Source: Octopus sinensis
Lineage: Eukaryota
DNA length: 64,000 nucleotides
Assembly (NCBI RefSeq): GCF_006345805.1
Contig: NC_043026.1
Location: 12,627,579 to 12,691,578, forward strand
Reading direction: 5' to 3'
The notes below the pieces were generated by a model. That model saw only the letters and a program-made list of their open reading frames with translations, did no database searches and had not been told where the DNA came from. How positions within the stretch are numbered: position 1 is the first letter of the stretch; each line of letters opens with the position of its first letter. This document shows, in pieces, positions 36,018 to 48,121 of this stretch. The translations under genes and the position numbers were made by a program.

Positions 36018-37583
36018 CTATCCGGTGTGTGTAAGGTTATGTCTCTTCAAAAGACTTCCAGTGATGAAGCATTTCCCACAGATTTCACAGTGATATGGCT
36101 TTTCTCCGGTGTGACTTCGTAGATGGGTAACAAGGCTGGAACTAACAGAATAGGATTTGCCACATATGTCACAATGAAATGGCTTCTCTCCAGTGTGGCT
36201 ACGATTGTGAATTACAAGACTGGAATTTGTGAAGAAAGATTTCCCACAAGTTCCGCAATGAAACGATCTTTCTCCGCTGTGACAACGTTTGTGACTAATA
36301 AGATGAGATGTAATAGCAAAAGATTTCCCACAGACTTCACAAAGATACGGTTTCTCACCCGTGTGTATGGTTTTGTGCCTGTTCAAATTACTGGTATCAA
36401 GAAAGGATTTGCCGCAGATTTCGCAGTGGAATGGTTTCTCACCAGTATGAGTACATCTGTGGATATTGAGCTTAGAATTCAGAGTGAAGGCCTTCCCACA
36501 GATTTCACAGTGGAATGGTTTCTCACCAGTATGACTACGTACATGAATAAGAAGATGATAATTTCGAGTGAAAGTTTTCTCGCATATCTTACATTGGAAG
36601 TTTTTCTGTCCACTATGTACCCCTTGGTGTCGTTTTAAGTGACCGCTGGTGATAAAGCAGTTCCCACAAGTCTCGCAATGGTATGGTTTCTCTCCCGTAT
36701 GAACCCGTTTGTGTATGGTCAAATCACTGTTACAAACAAAACATTTCCCACACACTTCACAGTCAAACAGCTTTTCCCCCCTGTGTATTCTTTGGTGACG
36801 TACAAGATTAGAATTATCCGAGAACGATTCTCCACAGGTATCACAACGGTAAGGCTTCTCCCCACTGTGGACTCTCCTATGTTTGTTTAGATCTCTTTTA
36901 GAGGCAAAAGTTTTCCCACAGATTTCACATTCGAACGGTTTTTCTCCCGTGTGTATTTTCCGGTGAGCTACGAGGTTAGAATTGTCCGAGAATGATTTCC
37001 CACAAACTTCACAAGGATAAGGCTTTTCTCCCGTGTGGATTCGTTTGTGTCTGTTTAAATCATTTTTAAAGATAAAACATTTACCACAGATTTCACATTC
37101 AAACGGTTTTACTCCAGCGTGTATTTTCCGGTGAGCAACAAGATTAGAATTATCGGAGAAGGATTTCCCGCAGATTTCACAGTGATATGGTTTCTCCCCA
37201 GTATGTATCCGTTTGTGTCTTTCTAAATCACAATTAGAGACGAAATATTTTTCGCACACCTCACAATGATAGGGTCTCTCTCCAGCATGAAGCTTTTTAT
37301 GTATTGTTAAATTACTACGATTAACAAAAGGTTTCCCGCATATTTCACAGTGGAAGGGTTCCGCAATTTTGTGTATTTCTTTGTGTGTGAAGACTTCATG
37401 TTCTGTAAAGAAAGTTTTTCTACAAATATCACATTCATATTCAACAATATTTCCTTGTAACGATCTTTCCTTAGTAAATGTTTCGCCAAGTACAGGTTTT
37501 TCATCTCTTTCTATTTGTGTAACTGTATCTATATTGCTAAAAACAGTTGTTTTACAAGTGTCCAAGTGATTCACGTTCTCCAT
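36018..37583 (-). CDS. Type-B C2H2 zinc-finger protein B2, 521 aa, 17 fingers (possibly 565 aa with an upstream coding exon 37801-37718)
   Basis: Intact ORF with a 48-aa unique N-terminus and CEICGK-type fingers. Confidence 0.95.
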   Translation of the reverse strand: MENVNHLDTCKTTVFSNIDTVTQIERDEKPVLGETFTKERSLQGNIVEYECDICRKTFFTEHEVFTHKEIHKIAEPFHCEICGKPFVNRSNLTIHKKLHAGERPYHCEVCEKYFVSNCDLERHKRIHTGEKPYHCEICGKSFSDNSNLVAHRKIHAGVKPFECEICGKCFIFKNDLNRHKRIHTGEKPYPCEVCGKSFSDNSNLVAHRKIHTGEKPFECEICGKTFASKRDLNKHRRVHSGEKPYRCDTCGESFSDNSNLVRHQRIHRGEKLFDCEVCGKCFVCNSDLTIHKRVHTGEKPYHCETCGNCFITSGHLKRHQGVHSGQKNFQCKICEKTFTRNYHLLIHVRSHTGEKPFHCEICGKAFTLNSKLNIHRCTHTGEKPFHCEICGKSFLDTSNLNRHKTIHTGEKPYLCEVCGKSFAITSHLISHKRCHSGERSFHCGTCGKSFFTNSSLVIHNRSHTGEKPFHCDICGKSYSVSSSLVTHLRSHTGEKPYHCEICGKCFITGSLLKRHNLTHTG

Positions 37584-38149
37584 ATTAATTCTTGAAGAAT
37601 TCTTCGAAAGCTGACGAAAGTCTGAGGTGATCTAAAACAGTCCAGTTTGCCTCGGGTATTACAGATCTCTGTTTACATGTGTGGAACGGATGTAATGTAA
37701 ATATACTTTCTACTTACCAGTAGAATGTTTGGTATAGGGTCCAAATGAAAAGTGAAGAAATGTGAGGAATATCCATTGATTTGTCTTCGATTAAAAGGCA
37801 TTTCCCCCTGTCCTGTAAAATGGGGGAAAACCAATTAACGAAGTAAAGCTGTGATCAAATGAAATATTTAATCATGAAGGCGAGGGAACAATCGACCCTC
37901 AAACCTGTAGGTTGCCCTGTCTTATCCTCAAATACCAACGATCTCCTTGACATGAGATAATTACTAGATATGATATAATTAGAGTCAGCTCGTGAAATTG
38001 ATGAAACCAAGTGCGTGGTATAATTAACAATTGTCTCCCCCTGTTTGAAAACACCGGTGTCATAAGAGAAAAGTCCTTGATGTAATTTAAAACATTGAAA
38101 AAACATCTTAGGTGACAATTTCACGGCCTCCTGAGATACGCATATGTTT

Positions 38150-38707
38150 CTTTATTACCCACAAGGGGCTAAACACAGAGGGGACAAACAAGGATAGACA
38201 AACGAATTTAAGTCGATTACATCGACCCCAATGCGTAACTGGTACTTAATTTATCGACCCCGAAAGGATGAAAGACAAAGTCGACCTCGGCGGAATTTGA
38301 ACTCACAACGTAACGGCAGACGAAATCCCTATTTCTTTATCACTCACAAGGGGCTAAACACAGAGGGGACAAACAAGGACAGAAAAACGAATTTAAGTCG
38401 ATTACATCGACCCCAATGCGTAACTGGTACTTAATTTATCGACCCCGAAAGGATGAAAGGCAAAGTCGACCTCGGCGGAATTTGAACTCACAACGTAACG
38501 GCAGACGAAATCCCCATTTCTTTATTACTTACAAGGGGCTAAACACAGAGGGGACAAACAAGGACAGACAAACTAATTTAAGTCGATTAAATCGACGCCA
38601 GTGCGTAACTGGTACTTAATTTATCGACCCCGAAAGGATGAAAGACAAAGTCGACCTCGGCGGAATTTGAACTCACAACGTAGCAGCAGACGAAATACGG
38701 CTACGCA
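38150..38707 (-). mobile_element. SINE family b head-to-tail trimer (period ~185 bp)
   Basis: Three 5'-truncated copies joined at GAAATCCC|(T/C)ATTTC. Confidence 0.9.
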
Positions 38708-38794
38708 TGGCGATCCTTCGGTATAGGTACACACGTGACTTTGTTTACATTTCTGAAGATAACAGAAAACCCTTTTGTCCCACCCCCTGACGTT

Positions 38795-39060
38795 GATACT
38801 TTGTTCTCATTGGCTGATATGAAAAGCGGACGTGACGTCATCAGACAAAGCGAGAACCTGCTTGATTAGTGTGAGACACTTTAAAAGGAAGAGAAATTAG
38901 TGGAAAACGAAGCCTGTTCGATTGTTGCTTCTTCTGTGGTGAACAGAAAGCCATTGCCTGTTTATTTGAGTAGTAAATAGGTTCTGTCAATTCTCTTCTT
39001 CTTCGTCGACGTCATGACACAACGTGGGAGAGGCAGAAGGAGTTACTATCCATGGTAAGA
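38795..39060. promoter_or_regulatory. Candidate shared promoter of B2 (-) and C1 (+), with plus-strand exon end CCATG|GTAAGA at 39054/39055
   Basis: CCAAT (reverse, ~38809), CRE palindrome TGACGTCA at 38833-38840, CpG-rich relative to flanks, lies between divergent genes. Confidence 0.45.
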
Positions 39061-39631
39061 CCAAAATATTGAAATACTAGCAGAATCGCCCGGCCTTGCT
39101 CGGGTTTCTTTCGACCCTTTAGAATTGGAATTTTTGAAAAGTAAAAATTTTGCATTATGTAGCTTGTTATTCTCTTTAAGTGAACATTTTTCTGGTTGAA
39201 ATACACCGAAAAATGTCGAAACAGTAGTAAATAAATCGTAAAAAATAGGAATTTTCATAGAAAAAAAGCACCTTTTTGATGTAAATAATTTCTGGTGTTA
39301 ACGTGGTTCGATTTGAATTTTTTCTTCTACAGAAGGAAGAGCAAGCCTTCTTCTATCATACTCTCAATTTTGGTCAACTTGCACCGCAGGGTTTCGGAGG
39401 AGATAGTGTTAGTTGAAGGCTACCACACATACACACACACAGACAACTTCAGCTTTATTTCGCTCAACACTCATTTCCGCCCGCAATTACTTGTGTCACT
39501 TTTCTGTGAGTCTACTTCCACCACAAAATCTCCGTATTTTTATATGTGGCTTACAAAAAAAAAGTTTCGAAAGAAATGTTAAAAATTAAGAAATAGGGGT
39601 GGGTGGGGATTTAAGAGTTTGAGAGTGAGAT

Positions 39632-40375
39632 CTCTCTTTTACTTGTTTCAGTCATTTGACTGCGGCCATGCTGGAGTACCGCCTTTAATCGAGCAACTCG
39701 ACCCCGGGACTTATTCTTTTTTGTAAGCCCAGTACTTATTCTATCGGTCTCTTTTTGCCGAACCGCTAAGTAACGGGGACGTAAACACACCAGCATCGGT
39801 TGTCAAGCAATGCTAGGGAGACAAACACATACACACATATACATATATACGACGGGCTTCTTTCAGTTTCCGTCTACCAAATCCACTCACAAGGCATTGG
39901 TCGGCCTTGATCGTATTTTCCTGTACTGAAAACATAGGAATCTACAAAGATTTTGAAAAAAAAAAGCATCCGAAATGTGTGCTATGCATGTGCTTTACTT
40001 TTGCTGAAAATGCATTGAGTTGTTCCCATTATCATCATCATCGTTTAACGTCCGTTTTCCATGCTAGCATGGGTTGGAAGGTTCAACTGGGGTCTGGAAA
40101 GGCAGGAGGCTGCACCAGTCTCCAATCTGATCTGGCAATGTTTCCTAACGCCAACCAATCCGTGAGTGTAGTGGGTGCTTTGTACGTGCCACTGGCACAG
40201 GTGTCAGACGAGGCTGGCAAACGGCCACAATTGGATGGTGCATTTTACATGCCACCAGCACGGGGGCCAGACGAGGCTGGCAACGGCCATGATCGGATGG
40301 TGCATTTTACGTGCCACCAGCACTGGTATCACAGCTACAATTTCCATTGATGTTGATTGATTTCGATTTTCATTT
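39632..40375 (-). mobile_element. Truncated SINE-a (39632-39907) and RTE tail with about three hairpin units (40030-40375)
   Basis: Family matches. Confidence 0.8.
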
Positions 40376-41131
40376 TCATTTTTTCCCATGTGCGTATACA
40401 AGCAATGTATCGTGTGGGGTCAGTGTGACCAACAGCCACTGGACAGTCAATAACGGCGTGATTGCTTTCCAGTGTCTGAATAACACCTGAAATCATTCTC
40501 TTCAGATTTCCGCCCGTCCAGCTGGGCCGAAGTGGTCATCTGTATTCTTCTACTGCCAGCTTCTAAAGGGCAGAGGAATGCAGCCCCAGTCTGCTGCTAC
40601 ACTGGGCCAAAATATTTCAACTACCCAGCTACAGATTAACAGAGTAAGTACATGACCTAAGAAACAAAGTACTAGTGTTGGTTTTTGCATCTAAACCCTG
40701 CCATACTGTATTCCAGCATGGCCACAGCCCAGTACCTGAAACAAGTAAAAGATAATATATATCTTTCACATAATCATAATTAGAACCTGTACAATCTTCC
40801 ACTCTGTAATCTCATTTTCTGTAATGTCTACTGTTTCTCTCTTATTTCAGATTACTGGATAACATTGGATTAAAGGATTTATCATTTTTGAAAGATTAAA
40901 CAAAGCTGTGACACAGAACAAAGAGATCCCTGTTTATAGAAAGAAGGTAAATTTTGTGTGAAATATTTCTTGCGACTGCAGCAATATTTCTTCTTCAATG
41001 AGGATTTTGCATTCCTATTAACCTTGGATTACAAAAGAGCTGGCAGCTTCTGCAGATATTGACCAAGATAAGAAATTTTATAGGAATGAAGTGTGTAAAC
41101 ATCTGCATATTGTGGTGAGAAAATATAAATT

Positions 41132-42483
41132 ATGGAAAGTGAATTGCGTGAGGACAATGTGAAATGTAAAATGCTGACGGAAAGTCTTGACTTTATTGAG
41201 GAGGTGCCAAAAGATAGAGGAAAAACATCTCACAACTGTGATATCTGTAAAAAGTCATTTACTCGGAAAGAAAGCCTCACGATTCACAGACGTATTCATA
41301 CAGGAGAGAAACCATACCACTGTGATATCTGTGGAAAATCATTCTCTCAAAGTCACCACTTAACTAAACACAAGCGTGTTCATACAGGGGAGAAACCATA
41401 TCGCTGTGACATTTGTGGTCAGTCATTCTCTGTTGGAAGTACCCTGACTAAACACAAACACATTCACACTGGTGAGAAGCCATTTCATTGTGATGTGTGT
41501 GGTCACGCATTCTCTATACAAAATAATTTAACAAAACACAAACACATTCATACAAGAGAGAGGCCTTATCAGTGTGATTTCTGCTGTAAATCATTCTCTA
41601 AAATTTCTATGTTAACTAAACACAAGCGAATTCATACTGGAGGGAAACCGTATCAGTGTGATTTCTGTGGAAAATCATTCTCTAAAAATTCTACCTTAAC
41701 TAAACACAGGCGTATTCATACTCGAGAGAGACCTTATCGGTGTATTACCTGTGGTCAATCATTTTCCTCAGGAAGTTCCTTAACTAAGCACAAACGTGTT
41801 CACACTGGAGAGAACCATTCCATTGTGATTTATGTGACAGGTCATTCTCTGGACGATTTTCCTTAACCACACACCGACGCATTCATACAGGGGAGAGACC
41901 TTATCGGTGTGATATCTGTGGTAAATCATTCTGTCGAAATGACCACTTGACTGCACACAGGCGAATTCATACTGGAGAGAGACCGTATCAGTGTGATATC
42001 TGTGGCCAGTCTTTTTCTGTACGGAGTTCCTTAAATAAACACAAACGCACTCACACAGGGGAGAGGCCTTATCAATGTGCCATCTGTGGTCGGTTATTCT
42101 CTGAAGGAAGTTCCTTAACTAAGCACAAGCGCATTCACACTGGGGAGAAACCATTTTGTTGTGACATCTGTGGACTCTCATTCTCTTCAGGATTTCTTTT
42201 GACTACACACAAACGCACTCACACGGGAGAGAAACCTTTTCGGTGTGACACGTGTGGTAAATCATTCTCTCGAAATCAACACTTAACGAGACACAAACGA
42301 GTTCACACAGGTGAGAAGCCGATTCATTGTGATATCTGTGGCCAGTCATTTTCTGTTGGAAGTAGTTTAACTAACCACAAACGAATCCATACGGGAGAGA
42401 GACCTTATCGGTGTGACACATGTGGGAAATCATTCTCTCGAAATGATTGCTTAAATGAACACAAACGCATTCATAAAAGATAA
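41132..42483 (+). CDS. Type-C ZNF C1, 15 fingers (450 aa if one missing base at ~41812 is restored)
   Basis: A single -1 in the linker (GAGAACCA vs GAGAAACCA) joins ORFs 41132-41866 and 41947-42483. Confidence 0.75.
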
Positions 42484-43549
42484 AAAGCATTTCACTTTGG
42501 TAAATCATTCTCTGATAATGATTTTTGACTGAAACAAATGCATTCAAGGAGTGGAGGAACCGTATCACTGTGATATTTGTGGTAAATCATTCTCTCAAAA
42601 CACAATTACACTTAATTGCATTCAAACTGGAGAGGAATCATATCAGTGTGTTAATCTGTGGCCAGTTGTTCTTTGATGGAAGTACATCAACTAAACACCT
42701 CGGCATTCATATAGAGAGGTTGATTCCATTCTTTATCATGGTCTTAAGAATGGAATCAACCTTTCTGTCTGTATATCTACCTTCTTTATAATGTTGGCAA
42801 ACGAAATGGAGATAAGAATATGTATTGTCTGTTTGATGGAAGACTTCTATAAATGGCTGAAGATTGCTCAACATTTTAAAACTGATGTAATTACTCACAG
42901 TGTTTAATAAAATGAAGTAGCATGAAACGATTGTACCAAATTACCTAAGATATTCTTGTTGCTTATTTTGATTATAATCACCCCATAGATTTATATGGAT
43001 AATACCGTACAAAATTCTGGTGCCTCTGACTTAAGTACCATATTCATTTGAATCTAAATTTTGCTGAACCTATATATATATATATTGAAGGCTAGACCCT
43101 TCAATGCTGTGCTCCAGTATGGCCACAGTCCAGTACCTGAAACAAGTGAAAGATGAAAAAAATATCTTCCCATAGTCATGAATATAACATGTAAAATCTT
43201 CCACTGTGTAGTCTCTGTTGTTTTATCAAGTATCCTCTGTAATTTCTGTTGTTTCTCTCTTATTTCAGATTACGGGATAACATTGGATTAAAGGATTTAT
43301 CATTATTGAAAGATTAAACAAAGCTGTGACACAGAACAAAGAGATCCCTGTTTATAGAAAGAAGGTAAATTTTGTGTGAAATATTTCTTGCGACTGCAGC
43401 AATATTTCTTCTTCAATGAGGATTTTGCATTCCTATTAACCTTGGATTACAAAAGAGCTGGCAGCTTCTGCAGATATTGACCAAGATAAGAAATTTTATA
43501 GGAATGAAGTGTGTAAACATCTGCATATTGTGGTGAGAAAATATAAATT

Positions 43550-44841
43550 ATGGAAAGTGAATTGCGTGAGGACAATGTGAAATGTAAAATGCTGACGGAA
43601 AGTCTTGACTTTATTGAGGAGGTGCCAAAAGATAGAGGAAAAACATCTCACAACTGTGATATCTGTAAAAAGTCATTTACTCGGAGAGAAAGCCTCACGG
43701 TTCACAAACGTAGTCATACAGGAGAGAAACCATATCGCTGTGATATCTGTGGAAAATCATTCTCTCAAAGTTACCACTTAACTAAACACAAGCGCATTCA
43801 TACGGGAGTTAAACCATATCACTGTGATATCTGTGGTAAATCATTCTGTCAAAGCATTCATTTAACTAAACACAAGCGTATTCACACAGGGGAAAAACCA
43901 TATCACTGTGATATCTGTGGTAAATCATTCTCTGTAAGTAGTGAGTTAACTAGACACAAACGAATCCATACAGGAGAGAAACCTTATCAATGTGATATCT
44001 GTGGTAAATCATTCTCTAAAAATTTTGTCTTAACTAATCACAAACGCATTCATACAGGAGAGAAACCGTACCAGTGTGGTATCTGTGGTCAATCATTTTC
44101 TGCAGGAGGTTCCTTACATAAGCACAAGCGCATTCATACAGGGGAGAAACCATATCGCTGTGATATCTGTGGGAAATCATTCTCTCAAAATGATAAATTA
44201 ACTAACCACAGGCGCGTTCATACAGGAGAGAAACCTTATGAGTGTGATATCTGTGGTAAATTATTCTCTCAAAATTCTGCCTTGACTGAACACAAACGCA
44301 TTCATACAGGAGAGAAACCATATCAGTGTGAAATCTGTGGCCAGTCTTTCGCTGCAGGAGGGTCTTTACATAAGCACAAACGCATTCACACAGGGAGAAA
44401 CCTTACCAATGTGATATCTGTGGTGAATCATTCTCCATAAATGATCAATTAACTAAACACAAACACATTCACACAGGAGAGGAGCCATTTCAGTGTGATG
44501 TATGTGGTCAGTCGTACTCTACTGCAGGTTCCTTGAGTACACACAAACGTATCCATACAGGTGAGAAGCCTTTTCGTTGTGATATCTGTGGTAAATCGTT
44601 CTGTCAAAATCAACAGGTAATTTCACATAAACGGGTTCACACAGGTGAGAGGCCCTACCACTGCGATATCTGTGGCCAGTCGTTTTCTGAAAGTAGTAGC
44701 TTAACTAAACACAAACGCATTCATACGGGAGAGAGACCTTATCGGTGTGACACCTGTGGTAAATCATTCTCTCGAAACGATCACTTAAATAAACACAAAT
44801 GCATTCATAGAAGAGAATCGTTGTCTGATAACCATTTCTGA
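43550..44841 (+). CDS. Type-C ZNF C2, 14 fingers (430 aa if one missing G at ~44395 is restored)
   Basis: A single -1 in the linker (ACAGGGAGAAA vs ACAGGGGAGAAA) joins ORFs 43550-44440 and 44533-44841. Confidence 0.75.
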
Positions 44842-45616
44842 ATGAAACACAAATCTTTTCAAACAGTGGAGGAAACATATCACTGATATCTGTTGTAAAT
44901 TGTTTTCCCAAAACTCAACTTAATTAATACAGGTGTGCATTCATACAGGTGAGAAACCATATCATTTTGATAACTTTGGTCAACTATTTAATCAAATGGC
45001 TAATTTGATTTAAAATAAAGATATTTATACAAGGAATGTTCTATACTTACGAGACATGGACCTGCATATCTGGATTCTGTTAATTTCATAACATTCCGTT
45101 ACATTTTCTTTTATTGCCAGTCCATATGTTCTTGTTTCATTTTGGCTGCTATTTCTAGCGGGGCAAATTGTAAATATTTCACTCTTTCTTTTGAATTTCC
45201 ATTTTTTATTTAAATAAAAAAAAATCCCTTTTGTTTGCATCATTTGCGTTCTTAAATTCTTTTTCTTTCTTTTTTTTTTTAATAGCAATAAACGTCTTGA
45301 CACAACAAAGAAGATTTCACAGGGTCTCTTATTAACTCTATACATGACTAAAAGCATAGCTACACTAATGCCTGTCTTTCCATGCTGGCATGGGTTGGAC
45401 AGTTCAACCGGGGTCTGGGAAGCCAGAAGGCTGCACCGGGATTCAATTTGATCTGGCAAAGTTTCTACGGCTGGATGCCCTTCCTTACGCCAACCACACC
45501 GTGAGTGTCGTGGGTGCTTTTTACGTGCCACCGGCACAGGTGCCAGACGAGGCTAGCATGATGATGATGATGATATATATGTATATATATGTTCATTTAA
45601 GAAACCTCATCATATA

Positions 45617-48086
45617 GGCGCAGGAGTGGCTGTGTGGTAAGTTGCTTGTTTACCAACCACATGGTTCCGGGTTCAGTCCCACTGTGTTGCACCTTGGGCA
45701 AGTGTTCTACTATAGCCTCGGGCCGACCAAAGCCTTCTGAGTGGATTTGGTAGACGGAAACTGAAAAGAAGCCCGTCGTATATATGTATATGTATATATG
45801 CATTTGTGTGTCTGTTTGTCCCCCCAACATCCGATGCTGGTGTGTTTACGTCCCCATTACTTAGCGGTTCGGCAAAAAGAGACCGATAGAATAAGTACTG
45901 GGCTTACAAAAGAATAAGTCCCAGGGTCGAGTTGCTCGATTAAAGGTGGTGCTCCAGCATGGCCGCAGTCAAATGACTGAAACAAGTAAAAGAGTATAAC
46001 CATGTTGCCAGCTTTAAGACAATCCAATGTTTGGATGGTCCTTTTTACATACCACTGACACGGAGAGAGAGTCAGGCAGCATGGTGCTTATTGCATGCCA
46101 CCAGCAACATATATATGTATATAGGAGGCGCAATGGCCCAGTGGTTAGGGCAGCGGACTCGCGGTTTCGATTCCCAGACCGGGCGTTGTGAGTGTTTATT
46201 GAGCGAAAACACCTAAAAGCTCCACGAGGCTCTGGCAGGGGATGGTGGTGATCCCTTCTGTACTCTTTCGCCACAACTTTCTCTCTCACTCTTACTTCCT
46301 GTTTCTGTTGTACCTGTATTTCAAAGGGCCGGCCTTGTCACTCTCTGTGTCACGCTGAATATCCCCGAGAACTACGTTAAGGGTACACGTGTCTGTGGAG
46401 TGCTCAGCCACTTACACGTTAATTTCATGAGCAGGCAGTTCCGTTGATCGGATCAACCGGAACCCTCGTCGTCGTAACTGACGGAGTGCTTCCTCTCTCT
46501 AATATATGTATATATCTATAGGTGTGTGTGTGTGTGTGCGTGTTACCCCTCCACAAAATATCCCAAATTTTATTTAATTTGTTTTGCGGGAAGGACTGTT
46601 TCAACGGAGTCGTGTCTTGGCCTTACCTTCAAAACGCGGATTAGACAAAACAGGGGCAACTGAAGAAGGGGAATATTCCTTGTGTTGTATGTCTTCTACT
46701 CTGTTTTTTTGTTGTTTGAAAAAAATCCGTTTACATGTTTTTGTTTCTCATTCTGTTCTACATTTTTTTTGTGTCCTGTACCCATATATGCATGTGTATA
46801 TACATATAGATGTAGGTATGCACATATCACCGTGACCTACCAGGCTATCGGATGTTGCTACACATCGCTGGTCACAATGCATTTTGCATTGTTTTAGCCT
46901 TTAATGACGCATAATGAGCCACCACCGCTGGCTAAGCGAGCAGGCCAACAGAAGAAAGAGTGAGAGAAAGTTGTGGCGAAAGAGTAGAGCAGGGATCGCC
47001 ACCACCCCCTGCCGGAGCCTCGTGGAGCTTTAGGTGTTTTCGCTCAATAAACACTCACAGCGCCCGGTCTGGGAATCGAAACCGCGATCCTACGACCGCG
47101 CATCCGCTGCCCTAACCACTGGGCCATTGCGCCTCCACAGGTATGCACATATATGTATGTATATATGCATATGTTGTATTTATTATATATATACTCTTTT
47201 ACTTGTTTCAGTCATTTGACTGCGGCCATGCTGGAGCACCGCCTTTAGTCGAGCAAATCGACCCAGGGACTTATTCTTTGTAAGCCCAGTGCTTATTCTA
47301 TCGGTCTCTTTTGCTGAACCGCTAAGTGATGGGGATGTAAACACACCAGCATCGGTTGTCAAGCAATGCTAGGGGGACAAACACAGACAAACAAACATAT
47401 ACATGCACATACATATAATATATATATACGTATATACGACAGGCTTCTTTCAGTTTCCGTCTACCAAATCCACTCACAAGGCATTGGTCGGCCTGGGGCT
47501 ATAGCAGAAGACACTTGCCCAAGATGCCACGCAGTGGGACTGAACCCGGAACCATGTGGTTGGTAAGCAAGCTACTTACCACACAGCCACTCCTGTGCCT
47601 CATATATATAATATCAATCACCGTGACCAACCAGGCTATCAGATGTTGCTACACATCACTGGTTACAATACGCTTCACGTTGTTTTAGCCTACAAATGAT
47701 GCCACCTCGCTGGCTAAGCGAGCAGGCCAATATATATATATATTTATTGAAAAGACCCTTGTCCTCACGTCCTGCTTTTGTTGTTATCCTTACCATTATT
47801 GTTTTTACGTATTTTGGTATTTTTATTCGTGTAACATCGTCCGTTTTTCCGTCCCTGTGTTGTATACATTCGAGGCTTTCTTCCAAGGAATGTAATGCGC
47901 TTGGCTTAGATTTCCCTTGGGGGCTGCCCACATCGGAGCAATCTCAAGATTAATCAGCCGAAATTGCGAAGATGATCCGGTTCTTGACTGATGATTGAGG
48001 GCTTCGAATGTCCCGTCCGTGTTTTTTTGTGTCGTCTTCTAAATGTTTCACGTTCTTGTCCCAGTTTGTATATTTTTTTTTACTTT

Positions 48087-48121
<35 letters not shown>

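Noticed and set aside
46124-46175. tRNA genes at SINE heads
   Set aside because: A/B-box-like motifs continue into SINE bodies, and I could not build a complete cloverleaf.
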